IMG/VR virus record: IMGVR_UViG_3300045988_042242
Span: 1 to 58,857 of that record
DNA from: a virus
Length of the DNA: 58,857 nt
Reading direction: 5' to 3' (one strand)
In this document: positions 1 to 5,739 of the stretch, one piece after another
How the letters are laid out: each line of letters opens with the position of its first letter
How positions within the stretch are numbered: position 1 is the first letter of the stretch
Program-made: the position numbers and the translations under genes
The notes under the pieces: generated by a model
The model's input: only the letters and a program-made list of their open reading frames with translations
Databases searched by the model: none
Told to the model about the DNA's origin: nothing

Positions 1-55
1 CCTTTGAAAGCATAAGAACGTCATACGCGCTGTTTGTTCTGTCAACCTCTTTGAC
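1..55 (+). repeat. 55-bp terminal direct repeat, copy 1 (identical to 58803..58857)
   Basis: Exact match by eye: cctttgaaagcataagaacgtcatacgcgctgtttgttctgtcaacctctttgac occurs at both ends. Confidence 0.95.
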
Positions 56-352
56 TGTGACAAGTTCCGGTGCCTCAGCGCCATACTTGAATACGTTGTC
101 ACCCTTTGTGAAGTAGTGACCTTTGGGAACGCGCACTTTCGTGGTCGTTCCACCGTCAAGCACTGAAGCAACTTTGCACACGGTCGCACTCATTTCATCG
201 AAGTTGACAAAGACCGGTGTCGCACGGCGAACGACTGTGCCAGGTGCAAATTCCTGTGTAGGTTTGAAACCACCGGGAAGCATCTTACATTCGCCACGCC
301 AAATTTCAGGGAAGCGACCCCCGAAAGACTGCTTTTCAAATGTGATAGCCAT
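1..352 (-). CDS. Head decoration-like protein, N-terminal part of a gene that wraps the contig junction (continues at 58802..58543; 203 aa in total)
   Basis: ATG at 352 (MAITFEKQSFGGRFPEIW...). Manual translation runs through base 1 (...TVKEVDRTNSAYDVLMLSK) and joins the 58543..58815 ORF frame exactly (MLSKDITD...). It sits between the scaffold and capsid genes, as lambda gpD does. Confidence 0.5.
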   Translation of the reverse strand, partial: MAITFEKQSFGGRFPEIWRGECKMLPGGFKPTQEFAPGTVVRRATPVFVNFDEMSATVCKVASVLDGGTTTKVRVPKGHYFTKGDNVFKYGAEAPELVTVKEVDRTNSAYDVLMLSK

Positions 353-393
353 GTGTCTGAAATTTGAAATTTGTGAAACTTCGGGTCTGTCTG

Positions 394-993
394 TTAGTCG
401 GGAAGTCCTGCCGCCCACGACTTCGCATCTTCTTTTGCTTGCGTGAGGTCAATTTTACCGGCTTCATGCGCCTGACCCTTGGGCATGAGAGAATTGTTGA
501 CAAGTTCTTGCTTGAAGTTCGCAAGTTCAGCGTCAACGTCTGCATCTTCAGCGATGCTTCCGATGATACGCTTCACCATAAATTCCGGAATACCGAGCTT
601 CTTTGCCTTGTCGGCGATTGTTGTTGCCCTTTCGGTCGCTGCTTTTTCGGCTTTCAGGTCGTTGTTCTCTTTTTCGAGAGCCGCGATGCGCTGGTCGTTG
701 CTTTGCTGATACTGCTTGAACCAAGCGGGCATTTCAGTGTCGCTTTCGTCCTCTCCGTCACCCTCGTCTTCAGATTGTTTCTTGGTAGATGACTTGCGCG
801 TCTTTCTTGTGATTTCTCCCTGCATCGCCTTTGCATAGGGAACAAGCAAATCCGCTTTTGCGGCAATTTCTTCGTCAGTTGACTCGTCTGTGAGTTCTGA
901 AGAACCGAGTTCTGTCAGTTCTTCAAGTGCTTTCTTCGTTAAACCAAAAGACTTGCACTTCGTCTTTAAGACTTCAAAAAGTTTAGTGTTCAT
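394..993 (-). CDS. Scaffolding protein (199 aa)
   Basis: Start refined to the ATG at 993 (MNTKLFEVLK...). The protein is helical and highly charged, with an acidic tract EDEGDGEDESD and a coiled-coil segment. It lies immediately upstream of the decoration-like and capsid genes. Confidence 0.55.
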   Translation of the reverse strand: MNTKLFEVLKTKCKSFGLTKKALEELTELGSSELTDESTDEEIAAKADLLVPYAKAMQGEITRKTRKSSTKKQSEDEGDGEDESDTEMPAWFKQYQQSNDQRIAALEKENNDLKAEKAATERATTIADKAKKLGIPEFMVKRIIGSIAEDADVDAELANFKQELVNNSLMPKGQAHEAGKIDLTQAKEDAKSWAAGLPD

Positions 994-1200
994 TGCAATG
1001 AATTTGTTTGATGTACAGATGTCTATGCGCAAAGGTACTTATAATTTCCGAAAAAGTGGCTATTAAACACCGAAAATATGAAATTTTTTATTATGACGTA
1101 AATCATTAAGGTACAGACATTACCATATCTATGAAGTATTTTTATTGGATTTTTCTGCCATTTTTCCTGTTAAAAAGTTGCCTATTCGGGAAATAGGTTA

Positions 1201-1208
1201 TATCTTTG
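1201..1208 (+). promoter_or_regulatory. Bacteroidota-type -7 promoter box TATCTTTG for the plus-strand accessory island
   Basis: Matches the TAnnTTTG consensus. The context tatctttgcatcgtaaatca is nearly the same as at 4242 (taactttgcatcattaaattca). A small palindrome cctattcgggaaatagg lies just upstream. Confidence 0.45.
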
Positions 1209-1257
1209 CATCGTAAATCAGATGTTTAATAAACACCAACAATAAAAATTCAGCGCA

Positions 1258-1527
1258 ATGAAGACAAAAACATTCAAACAGATTATCGACCACCTGATTG
1301 AAAAAGGTGTTGAAACTATCAAAATCATGAGAAGTGATAGTTACTGCGGTTGCATAAATCCAAACGACATCATCGCTATCGAAGTAATAAAGAACAACAT
1401 GGTTTACTTCGCTTCTGTATCACACGTTTTCGACAACCCGATAATAGACGTTGACCGCATCATCAGAAATGAAAATGGTCGTTGCATCAGTCGCTTCACA
1501 ATCGGTCAATTCAAATACACAAAATAA
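1258..1527 (+). CDS. Hypothetical protein (89 aa)
   Basis: ORF preceded by the leader ttcagcgcaATG and followed by an 8-bp GC hairpin at 1539..1560. Confidence 0.6.
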   Translation: MKTKTFKQIIDHLIEKGVETIKIMRSDSYCGCINPNDIIAIEVIKNNMVYFASVSHVFDNPIIDVDRIIRNENGRCISRFTIGQFKYTK

Positions 1528-1538
1528 ATATAAATCAC

Positions 1539-1560
1539 GTGGCGGCCATAGCGCCGCCAC
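1539..1560 (+). terminator. Hairpin gtggcggc-catagc-gccgccac
   Basis: Perfect 8-bp GC-rich stem directly after the stop of 1258..1527. Confidence 0.5.
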
Positions 1561-1577
1561 ACAATATCATCAACGCA

Positions 1578-1787
1578 ATGAAACCTGAATACATCGCTGA
1601 AGCAATAAGCATCATCAGCAAAAGCAATTCAATCAAAGTGTCGTTCAACGTGCCTGTCAAAGACAACTACTCGCACATATACGCGATACTTATTCACGAG
1701 AGCAACGCATCAGTCATTAACCACCTTATCAACGCCGGCTTTTCGCTATCAATGACAACGAAAGGTCTGTCAGTAGATAAATTCTAA
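1578..1787 (+). CDS. Hypothetical protein (69 aa)
   Basis: Start refined to the ATG at 1578, which follows the leader atcaacgcaATG. The longer track ORF starting at 1482 runs through the upstream terminator hairpin. Confidence 0.55.
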   Translation: MKPEYIAEAISIISKSNSIKVSFNVPVKDNYSHIYAILIHESNASVINHLINAGFSLSMTTKGLSVDKF

Positions 1788-1799
1788 ATCATCATCACT

Positions 1800-1997
1800 A
1801 TGTTCTCAGAAAACATCACAGCACTTCTTTCAGAATACGGTTTCGAGTTCATCAAACAGAATGGTGTAAATGAATACATCAGTTACTTCAAAAGTGTTGT
1901 AAGTCGCAAACTTGAAGCAAAGACGATAACTGAAACCGCTGCAAAAGTTGCAATAAGTCGCGCTGAAGCAATCGCGTTATACTGCTTAAACAACTAA
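1800..1997 (+). CDS. Hypothetical protein (65 aa)
   Basis: ORF followed by an 11-bp hairpin at 2009..2038. Confidence 0.5.
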   Translation: MFSENITALLSEYGFEFIKQNGVNEYISYFKSVVSRKLEAKTITETAAKVAISRAEAIALYCLNN

Positions 1998-2008
1998 ATT
2001 ATTAACCC

Positions 2009-2038
2009 GGAAGACTGACATATATCAGTCAGTCTTCC
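2009..2038 (+). terminator. Hairpin ggaagactgac-N8-gtcagtcttcc
   Basis: Perfect 11-bp inverted repeat between two plus-strand genes. Confidence 0.5.
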
Positions 2039-2055
2039 ACAAAAATATCAACGCA

Positions 2056-2967
2056 ATGATTACAGAAACAACTCTCGACAACAAACTTTTTGACTTCGAC
2101 AAGGCAAAAGTTCAGACGCTCACACTCGAACAACTTGAGCGCACGCACAAAGAAAATGATGTGTACGGAAATCCGCTTCGTGGCATCTATCATTTCCAAC
2201 TTCTTCAGACACTCATAAACGAGTGCAACAACATCGGCTACAATGTCGAAGTGTACGACCTGTTCGCTGCACAGAACAAAGACCGCAACACGCCTGGTGT
2301 CGTGCTGCTTCCGCAAGTAGAAGCACAGTACGGACAGCGTGCTGTTGAAGCGCACATCTTGCGCCGCGTCTTCGCAAACATTCGTATCACAGACTTCGAT
2401 GATGAAGAAAAAACGACCAATCTTGCAGTCGCTTTTCATCAGAAAGGCATACAGGTTGGCTTCGGAAATATGGTCAAGATATGCCACAATCAGACAATGC
2501 TGTGCGCTGACAAGTACATCGCTACATACAGCGAACGCGGCAACGGTCGCGGTGAACCTATCACAATTCCGCAAGTCATAGATGTTGTGAAGTCTTGGCT
2601 TGTAGATGCGCGTCACATCATCGTCACAGAGCGCGAAAAGATTGAGCGCATGAAGTCAATCGAAGTCGGCATGCAACAGATGTTGCTTATCATCGGAATG
2701 CTTACCGCTATTCGCGTGAAGTGTGACACAAGCATTTCATCAATCAAAGAAAACCGCGTCTATCCGCTTAATCAGGCACAGATTTCACGCTTCACTGAAA
2801 GCCTGATGGTGAAGTCGCAAGAAATGGGCGGCAGCATCAGCGCATGGGACTTGTATAACAGTGCGACAGACCTCTACAAAGCCGACAGCATGGATATACC
2901 GGCACTGCTTCCACAGAACCGTGCAATGGTACGCTTCCTTGACGAGCAATTCAATTTGAATGTATAA
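2056..2967 (+). CDS. DUF932/DUF3871-like protein of the kind carried by Bacteroides conjugative elements (tentative family call)
   Basis: 303 aa. Leader tcaacgcaATG. The family was recognised by memory only, from the GFGNMVKICHNQTMLC-type core. Followed by the hairpin at 2977..3003. Confidence 0.4.
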   Translation: MITETTLDNKLFDFDKAKVQTLTLEQLERTHKENDVYGNPLRGIYHFQLLQTLINECNNIGYNVEVYDLFAAQNKDRNTPGVVLLPQVEAQYGQRAVEAHILRRVFANIRITDFDDEEKTTNLAVAFHQKGIQVGFGNMVKICHNQTMLCADKYIATYSERGNGRGEPITIPQVIDVVKSWLVDARHIIVTEREKIERMKSIEVGMQQMLLIIGMLTAIRVKCDTSISSIKENRVYPLNQAQISRFTESLMVKSQEMGGSISAWDLYNSATDLYKADSMDIPALLPQNRAMVRFLDEQFNLNV

Positions 2968-2976
2968 ACTATCATC

Positions 2977-3003
2977 GCACGTCTGCCAACGCGGCAGGCG
3001 TGC
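2977..3003 (+). terminator. Hairpin gcacgtctgcc-aacgc-ggcaggcgtgc
   Basis: 11-bp stem with one G-U pair, directly after the stop at 2967. Confidence 0.5.
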
Positions 3004-3019
3004 TTAAAACTAAATCACA

Positions 3020-3472
3020 ATGGAAATTAAAGTCAACATACCTAAAAACGAATATAAACAGCCTACAGAAGTACGCGCTGAAGTAGTTCAAGCAATCTGT
3101 GAAGCGTTCATCAAAAAGACGTGCGGTTCAACATTTCACCCATACGCCGGCAGCAACAACGGAAGTCGCAATGCGACACTTTGGCTGTTCAAGCAAAATG
3201 GCAGCGGATATGCGCCCAGTTTTACCACACACGAATACGCACATCGTGACGCACAGGAAGCCGAAAAGAAAGGAAAGGAATACATCATGTATCGTATTCG
3301 CGGCTGTGAAATGAAAGCGGCGTTTGACGCTCTTCAGAAAGCCGGTTACTATATGTTCCGGTGCTACCATTACGGTTCCTGGTTAGGTTACGACTGCGGA
3401 ACTAAACCTGAAATGATGCTTGGCACACAGCATTGTGAACGTGTTACTTCATTCAACGATTTCATTGATTAA
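3020..3472 (+). CDS. Hypothetical protein (150 aa)
   Basis: Uninterrupted ORF in the plus-strand island. No motif recognised. Confidence 0.55.
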   Translation: MEIKVNIPKNEYKQPTEVRAEVVQAICEAFIKKTCGSTFHPYAGSNNGSRNATLWLFKQNGSGYAPSFTTHEYAHRDAQEAEKKGKEYIMYRIRGCEMKAAFDALQKAGYYMFRCYHYGSWLGYDCGTKPEMMLGTQHCERVTSFNDFID

Positions 3473-3485
3473 CCTATAATAGAAA

Positions 3486-3773
3486 ATGGAAAACTTTATC
3501 ATAAAGACAGACGGCTCAAAGCACGTCATCGCACCAAAGAACGGAAATAAGTTTGAACTTGAAGAACTGCAAGAACTTGTAGGCGGTTACATTCAAGTCA
3601 TCAGACTTAACAACAAGGACAATCAGTGTATGATTGTCAACGAAAACGGCAAACTGTACAACATGGCACACAATGATGAAGCATCAATCATCGCGCACAG
3701 CGCAAAAGCAATCTTCGACTGTGACTATATTGTCGGCGATGCTGTCATTATCAATTATGAACAATTAGACTGA
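3486..3773 (+). CDS. DUF3846-like protein (tentative; family often found in conjugative-element leading regions)
   Basis: 95 aa. The segment ELEELQELVGGYIQVIRL...MIVNENGKL resembles the DUF3846 pattern from memory. Confidence 0.4.
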   Translation: MENFIIKTDGSKHVIAPKNGNKFELEELQELVGGYIQVIRLNNKDNQCMIVNENGKLYNMAHNDEASIIAHSAKAIFDCDYIVGDAVIINYEQLD

Positions 3774-3780
3774 TACAACC

Positions 3781-4161
3781 ATGAAGAAAGCAATCATTCT
3801 GAAGACCGGCGAAGTCATTACGGTCTATGATAGAAAGTTTGAAGTCGTTGACTACGGACACATATATGTCGCCATTGATGCGATAAACAACGTATTTGAC
3901 GAAACAGAACTGCACGTCATTGATGACACACAAGCGTTCATCGAAGAAAATCTTCCTGACTACAACACGAACACCAATGTAACGCTGTCAGATGACATAC
4001 AGTGCTGTCTTGAAGGTGAAGGAACTCCTCATAAGTTTGAAAACGTGATAAATAACTGCGGAAGACACATTGAAGATTGGGAGTGCGCACAGATACGCAT
4101 CGAGCGCGAACTGCTTGAAGAAGCTGCAAGCAATTTCATAGCACAGAAAACAAATAGGTGA
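3781..4161 (+). CDS. Hypothetical acidic protein (126 aa)
   Basis: ORF tightly spaced after 3486..3773. Confidence 0.5.
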   Translation: MKKAIILKTGEVITVYDRKFEVVDYGHIYVAIDAINNVFDETELHVIDDTQAFIEENLPDYNTNTNVTLSDDIQCCLEGEGTPHKFENVINNCGRHIEDWECAQIRIERELLEEAASNFIAQKTNR

Positions 4162-4241
4162 CGTTCTTCGCGATTTGACGTATTAGGTTGATAAATTACT
4201 CATTTATTGACAGAAAACGCGCCAAATCGCGGGAATTTCCG

Positions 4242-4249
4242 TAACTTTG
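4242..4249 (+). promoter_or_regulatory. Bacteroidota-type -7 promoter box TAACTTTG
   Basis: Matches TAnnTTTG about 22 nt upstream of the ATG at 4271. It is flanked upstream by the 9-bp inverted repeat cgcgatttg (4169..4177) / caaatcgcg (4223..4231). Confidence 0.45.
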
Positions 4250-4270
4250 CATCATTAAATTCAACGCAAT

Positions 4271-4507
4271 ATGGCTACACAGAAAATCGTTCATCTACAT
4301 CTGAAGATACCAATTGACAACAAGACAGATTTCTACTTCGGTAGTATCAAAGCAATCTTTGACTTCGTAACTGAAGCAACAATCGGCATCAGGTACAAGT
4401 CACTGACAAATGCGCTTCGCGGTCGTGACTTCTATAACAACAAGCACTGCACCGTGCGCATTAGTTCACTTATTACAAAACAACAGACTAAAAACAGAAC
4501 TTTATGA
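4271..4507 (+). CDS. Hypothetical protein (78 aa), translationally coupled to the ADP-ribosylglycohydrolase gene
   Basis: Leader tcaacgcaatATG. Its stop overlaps the next start (ATGA at 4504). Confidence 0.55.
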   Translation: MATQKIVHLHLKIPIDNKTDFYFGSIKAIFDFVTEATIGIRYKSLTNALRGRDFYNNKHCTVRISSLITKQQTKNRTL

Positions 4508-5280
4508 TTGGTGCAATTATCGGTGACATTGTTGGTTCTCGCTTCGAGTTCAACAACACCGACAAGAAAGATTTTAAGTTGTTCACAAAAGACTGTGACT
4601 TCACCGATGACACAATCTGCACTGTTGCTGTTGCAGATGCTATTCTTCGCAATGTGTCATTCAAAGACAGTCTGCTTCATTGGTGCGCAAAGTACCCTAA
4701 CCCTATGGGCGCATACGGCGGTTCATTCAGTGCGTGGCTTCGTTCTCCGATACATGAACCGTACAATAGTTTCGGTAACGGTTCTGCTATGCGCGTATCA
4801 CCGTGTGCGCTTGCTGCGCGTTCTGATTATGAAGCGATACGTCTTGCGTATGACAGTGCTGCTTGCACGCACAATCACGCTGAAGGTGTCATCGGAGCCG
4901 TTGCGACCGCGCTTGTCATTCGTGCGTTTCAAGCGTCAGCCGGTCGTGAACTGACTGCACGCATAGACGCTGAAAGCATCATTTCAACCTATTACGGCGA
5001 AGATTGGAACAATCGTCTTCCTGTGCGCGGTTACTTCGATGTGACGTGTCAAGGTTGTGTGCCTCTTGCATACTACATCATCGACAACAGTCACAGTTTT
5101 GAAGATGCGATACGAAACGCTGTATCATACGGCGGTGACAGCGACACACTTGCAGCGATTGTCGGGTCTATGGCAGAAGCGTTGTGGGGAGTTACAGAAG
5201 AACTTAAAGAACAAGCGTTCACATACTTGCCTGAAGAAATGAAACAAGTCATAAATCAGTTCTATGCAACTGTGATTTAG
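4504..5280 (+). CDS. ADP-ribosylglycohydrolase (ARH/DraG family)
   Basis: MIGAIIGDIVGSRFEF N-terminus, TDDT motif, GNGSAMRVSP, and a C-terminal YGGDSDTLAAIVGSMAEALWG metal-binding motif. Confidence 0.85.
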   Translation: MIGAIIGDIVGSRFEFNNTDKKDFKLFTKDCDFTDDTICTVAVADAILRNVSFKDSLLHWCAKYPNPMGAYGGSFSAWLRSPIHEPYNSFGNGSAMRVSPCALAARSDYEAIRLAYDSAACTHNHAEGVIGAVATALVIRAFQASAGRELTARIDAESIISTYYGEDWNNRLPVRGYFDVTCQGCVPLAYYIIDNSHSFEDAIRNAVSYGGDSDTLAAIVGSMAEALWGVTEELKEQAFTYLPEEMKQVINQFYATVI

Positions 5281-5355
5281 TTTGAAGATAAAAACAAACT
5301 GAGTTTTAGTTGTTTACAACAAAATTTGATTAACAATGAAAATAAAAATACATAT

Positions 5356-5667
5356 ATGAAGAAAGAAAACGACAACTTGCTGAAGTTCTGCCGGTACTAT
5401 CACGGCGAAAAGACTTGCAAAAGCACTGACAAAGACGTTCAGATGCTGTTCAACATTGAACGAATATGGATTGATAGAATGAGTTCTGAAGAAAGCAATT
5501 TTGAAGAACTACTCGATGAATATGTAACGTTTGGTCTGACTGTGTTTTGCGAAACAGATGATGTGCCGGTGACGTTGAAAGCACTTCTGTTCAACCGCTT
5601 TTCACAGTACAACGACCGCATTGATGTTGATGCTTTCAAGACGTGGTACAAGAAGCATTACGATTGA
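5356..5667 (+). CDS. Hypothetical protein (103 aa; alternative start at 5326)
   Basis: ORF ending at the bidirectional terminator. Confidence 0.45.
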   Translation: MKKENDNLLKFCRYYHGEKTCKSTDKDVQMLFNIERIWIDRMSSEESNFEELLDEYVTFGLTVFCETDDVPVTLKALLFNRFSQYNDRIDVDAFKTWYKKHYD

Positions 5668-5696
5668 CAAACTGATTTCACAATCAATTCTTTCAC

Positions 5697-5739
5697 AAAG
5701 AAAGCTGCACCGTTTATCACGATACAGCTTTCTTTTTTT
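5697..5739. terminator. Bidirectional terminator between convergent genes
   Basis: 11-bp stem aaagaaagctg / cagctttcttt (5697..5707 and 5725..5735) followed by a T-run. It lies between the stops at 5667 (+) and 5738 (-). Confidence 0.65.
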
